Assembly (NCBI GenBank): GCA_963833985.1
Contig: CAWIAD010000001.1
Span: forward strand, 736,001-800,000
Source of the DNA: an uncultured Planctomycetaceae bacterium
Lineage (GTDB): Bacteria; Planctomycetota; Planctomycetia; Isosphaerales; Isosphaeraceae
DNA: 64,000 nucleotides
Direction of reading: 5' to 3'
The notes beneath the pieces were generated by a model. That model saw only the letters and a program-made list of their open reading frames with translations. It was not told where the DNA came from and made no database searches. Shown piece by piece: positions 1 through 10,708 of the stretch (its first letter is position 1; every line of letters begins with the position of its first letter). The translations under genes were made by a program, and so were the position numbers.

Positions 1-208
1 CAGCAAGAGGAAGATCAAGCTGATCTTCGAGAACCTGCGCGACGCGGGTATCGCCGCGGAGGATCTGGCGCGAGTCACCGCACCGGTGGGAATGGACATC
101 GGCTCGCAGACCGTACCGGAAATCGCCGTGAGCATCGTGGCCGAGCTCATCGCGCGCCGCAACCTGGGCTCTCCTCAGAGCCGTATCTCCGCTTCAGGGC
201 AGGAATAG
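1..208 (+). CDS. XdhC/CoxI family Moco chaperone, C-terminal fragment (5' truncated by window edge)
   Basis: Own translation of frame 2: SKRKIKLIFENL...RVTAPVGMDIGSQTVPEIAVSIVAELIARR, TAG at 206-208; matches the XdhC C-terminal 'P.G.DIG..T..EIA.SI.AE' motif; Moco gene context. Confidence 0.85.
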   Translation, partial: SKRKIKLIFENLRDAGIAAEDLARVTAPVGMDIGSQTVPEIAVSIVAELIARRNLGSPQSRISASGQE

Positions 209-303
209 TCTAGCCAGCGATGTCCCCCATGCCGTGGCTATCATTGCAGAATCCCTCCCTTTGTCCCATGATGGCCCCGTCGCCTTGGAGCTGAGAGCAC
301 GCC

Positions 304-1174
304 ATGACAGCGACGAGCATTCCCGCCGTGGTTCCGGCCGCGGGCAAGAGCCGGCGGATGGGGCAATCCAAGATGCTGCTGCCCTTCGGCGGACAGCCGC
401 TCATCGGCCGCGTGATCCAGGCATTGCGTCAAGGGGGCGCCAGCCCGGTCCTGGTGGTCACTCCGCCGGTCGACGCGGCGGATGGACCGGGCATTGCCGC
501 GGCCGCCAGCCGGGCTGGTGCCCTCGTGATCACCCCTCAGAAACGGCCGGCCGAGATGCGTGAATCGGCCGAACTGGCCATCGACCGGCTAGCACGCGAT
601 GGTCCGCCGGCCGGCCTCGTCCTCACGCCGGGCGACAGCCCCGGCATCACGCCCACGATCGTCGGCCAGCTACTCGCTCGCTGGAGTGAGAATCCCGGGG
701 CGATCATCGTACCCCGCGCTGGGGTCCGGCGCGCCCACCCCATCGTGCTCCCCTGGGATCTGGCTCGAGAGATTCCCCAGTTGCCCCGGCACGAGGGAAT
801 CAATTCCCTCATGACGACCCACCCGGATCGCGTGGTGGAGCTGGAGCTCGAGCGCTACGGAACTGGCCGACGAGCTGAACACCCCGGAGGATCTGGAGCG
901 CTGGAGACGCCGCGAGAAGCCGCTCTTGACCGTCCGCCTCTTCGCCGTGGCCAAGGAAAGGGCCGGCCGTGCCGAGATCGACCTGGAGATCCCCTTGCCG
1001 GCGACCGTCGCGGATCTTCGCCTGGTCCTGGCGTTGCAGTACCCGGAACTGGCCTCGCTGGCGCCTGGGGTTTCGGTTGCGGTCGAATCGGAGTATGCCA
1101 GCGATACCACGCTCATTCTCCCCGGCGCAGAGGTCGCACTGATCCCGCCGGTGAGCGGAGGCGGAGGGGCATGA
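304..1174 (+). CDS. Molybdenum cofactor cytidylyltransferase (MocA-like NTP transferase) apparently fused to a MoaD/ThiS sulfur carrier; frameshift near 853
   Basis: N-terminal PAAGKSRRMGQSKMLLPFGG motif; after a +1 shift at ~853 the frame continues ATELADELNTPEDL without a stop into TVRLFA...EVALIPPVSGG (ORF 926-1174). Confidence 0.8.
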
Positions 1175-1184
1175 GGAGCTTTTC

Positions 1185-1607
1185 ATGATCGAGATCACAA
1201 CGGGGCCGATCGATCACGCGGCGCTCACCGAGCGTGTCCGCTCGAACCGGGCCGGCGCAGTCTGCACCTTTCTGGGCACGGTTCGCGAGCTGACCGGCGA
1301 CCGGCGGACGCAGTCGCTCGATTATGAAGCTTATCCCGAGATGGCCGCGAAGAAGCTGGCCGAGCTGGATGAGGAAGCACGCCGGCGCTGGCCGGTGATC
1401 GACTTGGCAATCGTACATCGCGTCGGCCATCTGGACCTGGGCGAGATCAGCGTCGTTGTCGCCGTGAGCTGCCCGCACCGCAACGAGGCGTTCGAGGCCT
1501 GCCGCTGGCTGATCGACACGCTGAAAGAGGTCGCCCCGATCTGGAAACGCGAGACCTGGGCGGACGGCAGCCACGAATGGGTTCATCCGGGTTTGAGCGG
1601 ACCGTAG
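1185..1607 (+). CDS. moaE: Molybdopterin synthase catalytic subunit
   Basis: GAVCTFLGTVRE, LDYEAYPEMA, HRVGHL, HRNEAFEAC, LKEVAPIWKRE motifs. Confidence 0.95.
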   Translation: MIEITTGPIDHAALTERVRSNRAGAVCTFLGTVRELTGDRRTQSLDYEAYPEMAAKKLAELDEEARRRWPVIDLAIVHRVGHLDLGEISVVVAVSCPHRNEAFEACRWLIDTLKEVAPIWKRETWADGSHEWVHPGLSGP

Positions 1608-1647
1608 GCCGCTCGAGTGGAACGGCGGCACCAGGGGAACACATCTC

Positions 1648-3705
1648 ATGAAATGGCTCATGGTCTTCAGCGTCCTTTTGGCCTTCTCTGCGCCGGCAAG
1701 CGGGGCGCTGAAGCTGGAAGAAGTGAGGACCGCATCGAACAACGTCCTCGTGGCCTGTTTCAAGAGTACAACGGTGAACCCGAACGAGGTGAACATCGCC
1801 GACCTGTCAGCCTGGAAGCTCAATAGCGAGCCTGTGACGGCCATCCACAAGTTCGTCACCGAGGCTGACGCTTGCGATCATCATATCTACTTGCACGTGC
1901 CGGTCCTTCAGAATGGCAATCGGTACACGCTTCAGACGCCGCACGGCGAAACGACCTTTGTTTTCGACGATCACCGGGTCTTCTGCGAGTCGATCAAGAC
2001 CAATCAGAATGCGTACTCGGCACTTTCGAAGGTGCGCTACGCCAACTTCGCCATCTGGCTGGGCGACGGCGGCCCGCAGCCAATCGACGGTCGTCTGCCG
2101 GACTATACCGTGTTCCGGCTCCCAGGTGGCGAGACCATCGCTCAAGGGACGCTCCGGGAGATTGGGAAGGATGCCTCGTCGGGAGACCACGTCTACCGCA
2201 TTGACCTCTCGGCCGTGCCCGAGGGAGGCCCGTACAGTATTGCCGTGGCAGGCTACGGCTGTTCCTATCCGTTCGGCGTCGGCGGAGACTTCTCGCGCAA
2301 GCTGGCCCACGTGTCATTCCGCGCTCTCTATCATCAGCGTTGCGGCTGCCCGGTGCATGAGCCCTATGCCTGGAACATCCGCATGAAGCCCTGCCACACG
2401 ACCATCTACCAGACCAGCCAGCCGATCGGCGAGGCCCGCCTGGTCGTGAAGGGGACCGAGCCCACGTTCATCGCCTATGGCGGCTATCACGACGCGGGCG
2501 ATGCGGACCGCCGCACCTACCACATGGACGTCACCGCAACCCTGCTGACCACCTATGAAGCGTTTCCAGAGCTCTTCACCGACGACCAGTACAACATTCC
2601 CGACAGGTTCGACGCCCAGTACAACATTGTGGGGAAGGCGAACGGCATCCCCGACATCCTCGACGAGGCGGAATGGGGCGGGATGTTCTGGGAATACATG
2701 CAAGAGCCCTCAGGTGCCATCCACTGGGGCACCGAGACGCAGGGCTATTCGCCGTTCACAACCTACGATCGCGAGACGAAGCGGTTCGGCACCGAGGTGC
2801 TCGACAGGCGCTCGGCCGCCTTCGCGGCCGGCATGTTCATGCACCTCGCCCGCTTGATCCAGACCTACAAGCCGCAGCGCGCCGCGGAGTTGCAGAAGCA
2901 CGCGGAGCTGGCGATGGCGGCCGCGGGAAACGCGGCTCGGCCGTCCCATCGGCTCTATTTCGCGGTGCAGAAATACTTGCTCACAGGTGACGAATCCGCC
3001 CATCAAACCGTCAAGGAGCTGGCAGACGCGGCCCAGGCTTACGCGGGGACGTTCAACAACCCGCCCGAATCGTTCGCCGGCGGAGGCTGGCTGGCCTCCT
3101 TCTTCTTCTCCTACATCGTCGAGAAGAAGCGGCCCACCGATCCTCATGTCGTGTCCCGGTTCAAGGAGGCCATCAAGGCAGCCGCCGAGCGGGAGATGGG
3201 ATTCCTGGCCGCGAACGCCTACCCGGTCGGTACGCCGCTGAATCTGCGGTGGTGGGGCAGCAACGCGGCGCAGGGGCAGTACGCCTACCCATGCCTGCTC
3301 TACTGGTCGCTGACCAAAGATCAAAAATATGTCGATGCGGCCAGCCAGCTCATGGACTACGTCCAGGGGCTCAATCCGCTCGGTAAATGCTACATGTGCG
3401 GGATCGGCTTCAACCGGGTGCACAACCCGCACGACCGCGAATCGGCCTACACCAAGCAGCAGGGCTGGGGCCCCCGGCCGGGTATCCTGGTGTTCGGGCC
3501 GGGCGGGTCGGGCAGGGGAGTGTCGCTCCCCGAGGTCCGGACGCTGCCGCGGGAGCGCAGGTATATCGATAACCGGGGCTCCATCCAGTGGAGTGAATTC
3601 ACCATCTACCAGAGCCTTTGCTTCCCTGCCGCCGTTTACCCCGTGCTGGCGAACGGCGGCAAGTGGGAAGACACTCGTGATCCATTCGCAACAGCACCGA
3701 GATGA
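1648..3705 (+). CDS. Secreted glycoside hydrolase family 9-like protein
   Basis: Signal peptide; GGYHDAGD motif, GIPDILDEAEW, GLNPLGKCYMCGIG, C-terminal WSEFTIY. Confidence 0.75.
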   Translation: MKWLMVFSVLLAFSAPASGALKLEEVRTASNNVLVACFKSTTVNPNEVNIADLSAWKLNSEPVTAIHKFVTEADACDHHIYLHVPVLQNGNRYTLQTPHGETTFVFDDHRVFCESIKTNQNAYSALSKVRYANFAIWLGDGGPQPIDGRLPDYTVFRLPGGETIAQGTLREIGKDASSGDHVYRIDLSAVPEGGPYSIAVAGYGCSYPFGVGGDFSRKLAHVSFRALYHQRCGCPVHEPYAWNIRMKPCHTTIYQTSQPIGEARLVVKGTEPTFIAYGGYHDAGDADRRTYHMDVTATLLTTYEAFPELFTDDQYNIPDRFDAQYNIVGKANGIPDILDEAEWGGMFWEYMQEPSGAIHWGTETQGYSPFTTYDRETKRFGTEVLDRRSAAFAAGMFMHLARLIQTYKPQRAAELQKHAELAMAAAGNAARPSHRLYFAVQKYLLTGDESAHQTVKELADAAQAYAGTFNNPPESFAGGGWLASFFFSYIVEKKRPTDPHVVSRFKEAIKAAAEREMGFLAANAYPVGTPLNLRWWGSNAAQGQYAYPCLLYWSLTKDQKYVDAASQLMDYVQGLNPLGKCYMCGIGFNRVHNPHDRESAYTKQQGWGPRPGILVFGPGGSGRGVSLPEVRTLPRERRYIDNRGSIQWSEFTIYQSLCFPAAVYPVLANGGKWEDTRDPFATAPR

Positions 3706-3765
3706 GCCTTCGCGATTGCACCCCACGCGGCTTGAAAGGCCGGATCAGAGGCCCCTGGCGGACCG

Positions 3766-5514
3766 TCACCGCTCCAGAGTCACGGCCACCAGGAACGGGT
3801 CGCACTCCTTGGCCGAGGAAAGCACGTCGATCGCGGCGATCTCCGCCTCGGGGTGTGGGTTGGTCCAGGTGATCGCGTACAGCCGGACCTTCAGTCCGTG
3901 CCTGGTGTCGGTGTAGTCGTTGGTTCCGGTCCAGGCGGGCACGGCGCCGGTCGGGTCCTCCTGGCGAGACTCCCACTTCCACCAGTTCACGAGGTTCTTG
4001 CCGTAGATGATTGGTATGCGGGTGCTGGTGCCGTCGCCATAGCGCATGATGTATGCGCCGAGCAAGCTTCCGCTCGGCGCTTCCTGCTCAGTGGAGTGCA
4101 GCACGTGAACCAGTCGGGCGTGGGCGTGCACCGGTATGGACTTCACCGTGCGAGGAAGATCCGCGCGAAGTTCTCCCTGCACCTGCACGAATCGCTCGCC
4201 GATCCGGAAGTACGCCCCTCCCAGCTTGTGCACCCCGCGCGGCAGGCGATCGAGATCGTTGCCCAGGCCCGGGTGGCCCGGCCCATCCGCCAGGAAACTG
4301 GTGCCCACGGGATCGAGATCGACGAAGGTCAATCTCTCCTTCAGATCGGGTGCGATCGGTTCATCGGCCATCGACGGGGCATCGCGGGGTACCGACCGGT
4401 CAGGCGCCAGCGCGTAGGTCAGATCAACCGGCTGGCGGTCGGGCGGCACCGGTTCGGGTGACTCCGACGGCACGAATCGCGACCGGCTGAGGGTGAGGAT
4501 GACCGGGGCCGGTCCGAGCTTGCGGAGGACGAAGAAGCCGTTGCAGTCGGTCCTCGCCGGCTTGGGAATTCCGAGGAATCCCTCACCGGGCTGGATCCCC
4601 CGGGTCGGCTCAACCTCCACCATGACCCCGACCAGCGGATGGCCCTGCGGGTCGCGAACATGTCCGGTGAGGGTACGGCCACCGGGCAAGCCTCCTCTTG
4701 TCGGCCCGGGAGGGAAGTGAGGCATGATCGGCGGGTGGGCCGATCGCGGCTCAAGCGGCGGCGGTGGGGGAGGAGGAGGAGGCGCCGGGATGAATGCCTC
4801 TGCTTTCAATCCCCCCTCGTCCTTTCCGGGCGCGCTCCGCAGCAGGAGGACAGGCCTGGCCTCTCCCTGGGCACCAACCATGACGATCCTCCGCGCCACC
4901 CTTGCGTTCGTGCCCGGGTCAGCCAGCGAGATCTCGTGCTCGCCCGGAGCGACGTGGAACTCAAACTGCCCCTGGTCGTCCGTCTCCGTGGCGAGCACAA
5001 CTCGACCGGAATCCGGGCGCGACGGCCCGGTTGCCATGATGCTCGCTCCGGCCAGCGGCCTGGCCGAATCGCGATCGCGCACGACGCCGCGGAGCGGGCG
5101 ACCTTCGATCACCTGGAGGTCCGCGTTTGTATCGCAGCCGGCACGAACGCGAACGCCTTCGATCGCGACAGCCGTGGCCCTGGCGCATTCCGGAACGTCG
5201 ATGAGCAGCATGTTATAGACCCCCGGCGCAACCCCGTCCAGCATGAACCGGCCACCGTCGGGCTGGCTCCTCGTCGTTGGGATTTGTCCAATCAATAAGT
5301 TCTCCTCGACAGGCTCGGCCACCACCTTGGCACCGGCGATGGGCTTCTTCGTGGTGGCGTCCTTCACCGAGCCGATGATCCGTCCGCCGCGCTCTCGATC
5401 TATCGGATCAGGCACTGCCCGCCCTGATCCGTTCTCGCGGTCCTGAGCGGCCGCCATCAAACAGAGCGGTGGAACGAGCGAGAGTGACAGGATGCCGATC
5501 CCGGTCCATCGCAT
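3766..5514 (-). CDS. Secreted protein with carboxypeptidase-regulatory-like (transthyretin-fold) repeats, a poly-Pro linker and a C-terminal beta domain
   Basis: Signal-like MRWTGIGILSLSLVPPLCLMAAA; repeated G.V.D...G.P..GA.V motifs; poly-Pro run. Confidence 0.7.
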   Translation of the reverse strand: MRWTGIGILSLSLVPPLCLMAAAQDRENGSGRAVPDPIDRERGGRIIGSVKDATTKKPIAGAKVVAEPVEENLLIGQIPTTRSQPDGGRFMLDGVAPGVYNMLLIDVPECARATAVAIEGVRVRAGCDTNADLQVIEGRPLRGVVRDRDSARPLAGASIMATGPSRPDSGRVVLATETDDQGQFEFHVAPGEHEISLADPGTNARVARRIVMVGAQGEARPVLLLRSAPGKDEGGLKAEAFIPAPPPPPPPPPLEPRSAHPPIMPHFPPGPTRGGLPGGRTLTGHVRDPQGHPLVGVMVEVEPTRGIQPGEGFLGIPKPARTDCNGFFVLRKLGPAPVILTLSRSRFVPSESPEPVPPDRQPVDLTYALAPDRSVPRDAPSMADEPIAPDLKERLTFVDLDPVGTSFLADGPGHPGLGNDLDRLPRGVHKLGGAYFRIGERFVQVQGELRADLPRTVKSIPVHAHARLVHVLHSTEQEAPSGSLLGAYIMRYGDGTSTRIPIIYGKNLVNWWKWESRQEDPTGAVPAWTGTNDYTDTRHGLKVRLYAITWTNPHPEAEIAAIDVLSSAKECDPFLVAVTLER

Positions 5515-6674
5515 GATCTGGTCCCCCCCGATGTTCACAAGGTGCTCGACGCGGTCGCATGGACCTCGCGCCATGATCAGACATCTGTGCGATGGCCGCA
5601 AGACTTCACGCACAGGGCATCAGGCTCGTAACCTTCGCCCGCCAGAAGTAAGCCTCGGGCGCTGGCCGCCCGCGCGGCCCTGTTCCATCCAGCCCCGCCA
5701 GTCCGCCCCGGCCCGATTGGCTTCGATTTCGGTCCATCGAATCGAAGCCGATCAACGTTAGTCCTTGATTTGCATGGACTTGAAGTGTGTTTCCGAATTG
5801 GCTTCGCTCGGGATCATTTTTTCAACCCGCCCAACGGACGATCGCCCGGACACGGTTGAGTCAGCTTTCGGCCCCTGCGCGCCGCCTGTCCCTGGCGGCA
5901 CGCGTGGTTCTCTCAAACGACCGAATTGTCAAGGAGCCGGCGCTGCACCGTCATGGTTAGTTTACGGTGCAAAGGCCGCGGATCTCACGAACCGTCACCG
6001 GTTTTGATCTCCCCTTGCGGCACCTCAGCCCCTTGTTCCCTGAGGACTCATGCGCGTGCTTTTCTACTCGATCTGCTGCGATCTCGATCCCTCCGGCGGT
6101 GCGGTGTTCTGCATCTGGAACCGTAGAAACTGCTGTAGGAACTGCTCACGGCAGGGGAACGTGCTATGCTGCGCGCTCACGGCCGGCATACGGGACGCCC
6201 AGCGCGATACGACATTCACCGAGGTGCCTGCGGCGCTGGCTCTGCCGGTGGCGATTCCGCGGGACTGAAATCGGGGCACGCCACCGAGGTGTTCGACCCG
6301 GATGACAAAGGAGTCCGCGTCGGGCTCAAGCCTCCCCCGTCCGGCCGCGCCGAGCGGTCTCCCGATCCGCGTGAAGGCGTCACGTTCCTTGACCTGGCCG
6401 TTGACGTACGGGGGGTGGATGGCCACGTGCGCCAGCACGTGGTTCCACAGTCGCAGCCCCCAGCCTCGGGCGCCAGCCTGACCCGCCCTTCGCGGCATCG
6501 CATACGTCGCCAGGGTGATGGCCCGCCTGTACCGGGGTTCAAAAGTGCATGGCCGCGTGCGTGAGGGCGTGGTTTGGGTGGGCGCAGCCTCCCACCTCGG
6601 GCGCCAGCCCGAGCAGGATCCGGTCGCGCACCGGGCATGCAATAGCATGCCCTACTGTTGCTCCGTCCAAGGCG

Positions 6675-7285
6675 TCAAGGAGATCGGTCCAGCCGCAGGC
6701 CCGCAGCCGGCCCTTGCGCTGCATTCGAGCCTGCCACGCTGCCGGCCTTGGCGGCCTTCAGGTCCTCGGCCCGGCCCTGCTCCCGCACGTGCTCGTCCCG
6801 CTTGATCGCCGTGCGGACGCTTACCTCGGGCTCCTCGGCAACGCCCGCGGCCACCGGGTTCAAGTCGACGTGAGGGCAGTGCTCAGAAGAGATGCTTGAT
6901 CGAGAATGGCCAAACGCAGGTACTGTGCCTCGAAGAACGCCCCGCGGCTCTGGTCCTCGCGGTTGGAAAGCCGAGAGAGATTCCTTGAGACACAACACGA
7001 ACGAGCTCAGGCGTTGCAGCCCCGGGCGTGCGGTTGCCACCCACTTGGCGTCTTTCAGCCGACTCTGCACCTAGTGGTTGAAGACCGGCAGGTCCCTGTC
7101 GTGACTTGTCGCAGGGGGAGGAGACGCGCCCAGCACAGCCGTGGAGCAACCTGTTCCTGCGGCCGATCGCACTCTTGACAGCTCGTCAGACGGCGGTCCA
7201 GGGTCGGCGCTGGTTGCGGCGCGTGGCCTGACAGAGCGTAGACGGGTCGACTCAGGCGACATCAACCTGGCACGGGCGGTCGACC
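6675..7285 (-). pseudogene. Decayed Y1 (IS200-like/REP-associated tyrosine) transposase-like gene
   Basis: Fragments across frames: TARARLMSPESTR; VQSRLKDAKWVATAR; NREDQSRGAFFE..LAILDQASLL; VDLNPVAAGVAEEPEVS..TAIKR; in-frame TAG at 7071-7073 and several frameshifts. Confidence 0.65.
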
Positions 7286-7670
7286 CCGACCGGATCTGTC
7301 CACGATGGGACGGCCCAGTCAGCTTCATCGGCTGCGGTCAGCGGCGCTGCCAGACGCAGTGCTTGCCCGTGATCCGGCCACAACTGCTCGATCTCCTTGA
7401 CGGTATGCAAGGCTGCTTCACGTGTCCTTCTGCTTCGCTTCTCACAATCTCAGGTGCAGAAAGGAGCATGCCATTAAGGTCGGCGCGCGGGAGCATCGAC
7501 CTCCGCCTCTTTTATCGGCCCGGCCACAATTCTAAGCGGCCGCAAAGCGACCCCTCTTCGGCACCTGGCCGAAAAATCGCTGCGGTCCCGATCTCTCCGG
7601 CTGGATAATCAAACGGCCTTACACCGGGCATCGGGGCAGGCGCAGCGCGAAAGGGGGCAGGCGCGCGGCG

Positions 7671-8888
7671 TCAGTTGAGCGAGGGCGAGATGGCCGCGTG
7701 CTCCGCGGTGGATGGGGCCTGCGGACTCAGGGTGAAGGCCGCCGGCTTGACGCCCGTCAGGAGATAGTCGACCAGCTCTCTGACGGGCCGGATGGCGGGG
7801 CCGAAGGGGAGCGGCTCGGCGCCGCGGAAGAAGAGTCCGTGCTCGACGTCGCCAGCGAGCGCGGCCGCCAGATGAACCGCAATGCAGAACTGTCCCGCGC
7901 GGGTTGCCGTCGCGGAAGCCGCACGCGATCAGGCAGTTCGAGCCGATCACGCACTGCCGCGCGGCGCCGGCCTGCTGCTGAAGTTCGTCGGCCCGTTTCA
8001 GGTATCGCGCCAGCCAGGGGGTGCACACGGCGCGGGCCGGCAGCCCGGCGTCACTCATGAAGGTGACGATGTCGTCGGCCGTCGCTCCGGCAAGCACCTT
8101 CTTGAAGTTGGGGTGGGCATCGCCCTCCTCGGTGACGGCGAAAGGTGTGCCGACCTGCGCGGCACTCGCCCCGAGCGCAAGCACATGGCGCAGCCGCTCG
8201 TGACTGTTGATGCCGCCCGCCGCGATCAGCGGTATGCGCCCCGGATCAATACCCATCGAGCGGAACAGATCGATCGCTCCGGGAATGACTGCTTCGAAAT
8301 CGAAGCGCGGCTCGTCCAGGTCTTCCAGCCTGGTGGCGCCGAGGTGGCCGCCGGCGAAGAACGGATGCTCGATCACGATGGCGTCTGGCAGCCGGTTCTT
8401 GCGCGCCATTTCTTGAGCACGATGCTGATGCCTCGAACGTCGGAGAGGATGGGAATCAAGGCGACTTCCGGGTAATCGACCGTGAGGTCTGGTAGATCGA
8501 AGGGCAGCCCGGCTCCCATGACAATCGCTTCGGCACCGCTTGCACACGACTGGCGCACGAACGCCGCGTATTCGGACACCGTGCGCATCACGTTGACGGC
8601 AACCAGTCCCTTTCCTCCGGCAATGGCCCGCGCCGCCTTGATTTCTCGGTCCAGTGCGATCAGGTTCACCTCATCGATCACGGCCTTGTCTCGCCCTCGT
8701 CCCGAGCGTTCCATCAGGTCCGGATGATGACGCCGCAGGTCCACGCTGGCGATCGTCCCCATGGCGCCCAGGCGCGCGACACTGCCTGCCAGTCGGTGCG
8801 CCGAGATGCCCACCCCCATGCCCCCCTGGACGATGGGAAGCAGCGTTTTTCCCTTGATGCGCAGGGGAGCAACGTTCTTGAACATCAT
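7671..8888 (-). CDS. Nitronate monooxygenase family flavoprotein (frameshifts near 8405 and 7898)
   Basis: PIVQGGMGVGISAHRLA, GAGLP, AGGHLG, PLIAAGGI, GASAAQVGTPF; stop TGA at 7671-7673 after reframing. Confidence 0.9.
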
Positions 8889-9287
8889 GTTGAGGCTCCT
8901 GGTCGGTAGATCAGGCAGAGGGATGGAGCGACCGGCTCGGTCGTCTTCCTGCGTCGTCGCTTCGTTGAAGGTCGATTCCAGGCCGAGCTCTCGCGGGCCC
9001 GAGGACGTGGCGGCAAAGGCAAGCGGCCGCCTGACTTCCATGGCCGCAAACCGCCGGCCTCCGTCACTGGAGCAAAGTTCGAGACGGATTTCCATGCTCT
9101 AGTGGACAGAATAGGTCACGAATCTCGCCCGAATGAAACAGCCGAGACCGCTCTGGCTGGCACCGAGGCTGCGTACTTCCCCGTCTGTGCCGAGGATGCT
9201 GCCAGATGAGCGTGCAATCGACCCGGAACCGGCGGTAGAATATCGAGATGGCCACCGTCCGCTCCTTCCAGCCCGTGCGAGCGCTCC

Positions 9288-10286
9288 ATGACCTCGTCCG
9301 CCACTTCACTCATCGATTCGTTTGGCAGGGGGCACAACAACCTGCGGATCAGCGTCACCGACCGGTGCAACATCCGCTGCGTTTACTGCATGCCGGAGAA
9401 CCCCGAGTTCCTGCCTCGAACGAAGCTGCTCAGTTTTGAAGAGATCGAGCGTTTCGTGCGAGTTGTCGTGCCTCTGGGCATCGACAAGATCCGGCTTACC
9501 GGCGGCGAGCCGCTGGTCCGGCGCGATATCGATGTGCTCGTCTCCAAGCTCGCGCTCATCCCCGGCATCCTCGACATCGGCCTGACGACGAACGGGATTC
9601 TGCTGGCGCCTCTGGCAGGCCCGCTCTGGAACGCCGGGCTGCGGCGGATCAACGTCAGCCTGGACACGCTGGATCCGGAGCGATTTCAGGCGCTCACGCG
9701 ACGGCCGGGGGTGGAGCAGGTGATCGAAGGCATCCTGGCGGCGCAGAAAGCTGGTTTTCACCCCGTGAAGGTCAACGCGGTCGCAATCAAGGGGAGCACC
9801 GAGGAGGACGTGATTCCGCTGGCACGCTTCGCCCGGGAGCATGGCCTGGAGCTGCGGTTCATCGAGTATATGCCGCTCGATGGCGGATTGTGGGAACGAG
9901 GCAAGGTGCTGCTGGCCGAGGAGATCCTCGAGCGGCTGACTCGCGGGATCGGCCCGTTGGTCCCGGCGCCGGACCAGGATCCCCGAGCGCCAGCCATTGA
10001 TTACGACTACGCAGACGGCCGCGGCCGGGTGGGTATCATCGCGTCCGTGAGCCGGCCCTTTTGCATGAGCTGCAACCGGATTCGGCTGACGTCCGACGGC
10101 AAGCTGCGGAACTGCCTGTTCTCGCTTGAGGAGACCGACATCCGCGGCCTGCTAAGGAGCGGAGCGGGTGACGCTCAGATTACCAGCGCAGTACGAGCGT
10201 CGGTGGCCGCGAAGTGGGAGGGCCATGAGATCAACACGGCGCGGTTCATCCAGCCGGATCGGCTCATGCATTCGATTGGCGGGTGA
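9288..10286 (+). CDS. moaA: GTP 3',8-cyclase (radical SAM)
   Basis: LRISVTDRCNIRCVYCMP, RLTGGEPL, FCMSCNRIRLTSDGKLRNCL, C-terminal MHSIGG. Confidence 0.97.
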   Translation: MTSSATSLIDSFGRGHNNLRISVTDRCNIRCVYCMPENPEFLPRTKLLSFEEIERFVRVVVPLGIDKIRLTGGEPLVRRDIDVLVSKLALIPGILDIGLTTNGILLAPLAGPLWNAGLRRINVSLDTLDPERFQALTRRPGVEQVIEGILAAQKAGFHPVKVNAVAIKGSTEEDVIPLARFAREHGLELRFIEYMPLDGGLWERGKVLLAEEILERLTRGIGPLVPAPDQDPRAPAIDYDYADGRGRVGIIASVSRPFCMSCNRIRLTSDGKLRNCLFSLEETDIRGLLRSGAGDAQITSAVRASVAAKWEGHEINTARFIQPDRLMHSIGG

Positions 10287-10330
10287 TGAGCCCGAAGACG
10301 AACCGGCGCGCCGCAAGCGCGAACATCCGA

Positions 10331-10687
10331 TCACGGCACAGGATGGTGCGAGCCGTGATCGAAGTCACAGAGGGGGTCGTGAGATCGTGTCGACTTCGCG
10401 GCATATGGTGCGATCCCGAAGCGGGCAAGCCAGGCATCTCGCAGGGTCAATACGCAAACGAGGAACACACCGGTACCTACTCCCAGGAACAGGCCGCTGA
10501 CCACCCCGAGTCCGAAGCCGAATTCGGTGGGATCGATGATCTGCCCTGCACCCGCTCCTGGAGAATGGAGCCAGAGCACGAAACCTGGTGCCAGCGTGCC
10601 CACGGCAGCACCCACGACGCCTCCGGCTGCTCCAGCCGCAAACGTGCACGATATGACAGCTACGATCGCCTGCGAGAGTCGAATCAT
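10331..10687 (-). CDS. Small Gly-rich membrane protein
   Basis: Two hydrophobic Gly-rich helices in a 118-aa ORF. Confidence 0.6.
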   Translation of the reverse strand: MIRLSQAIVAVISCTFAAGAAGGVVGAAVGTLAPGFVLWLHSPGAGAGQIIDPTEFGFGLGVVSGLFLGVGTGVFLVCVLTLRDAWLARFGIAPYAAKSTRSHDPLCDFDHGSHHPVP

Positions 10688-10708
10688 TTCGATGATTCCT
10701 GGAGGATT

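Noticed and set aside
6050..6650. Short ORFs on both strands in the gap
   Set aside because: No recognisable motif or convincing start; cannot choose a coding frame.
9100..9288. Moco riboswitch upstream of moaA
   Set aside because: No recognisable conserved structure by eye; a covariance-model search is needed.
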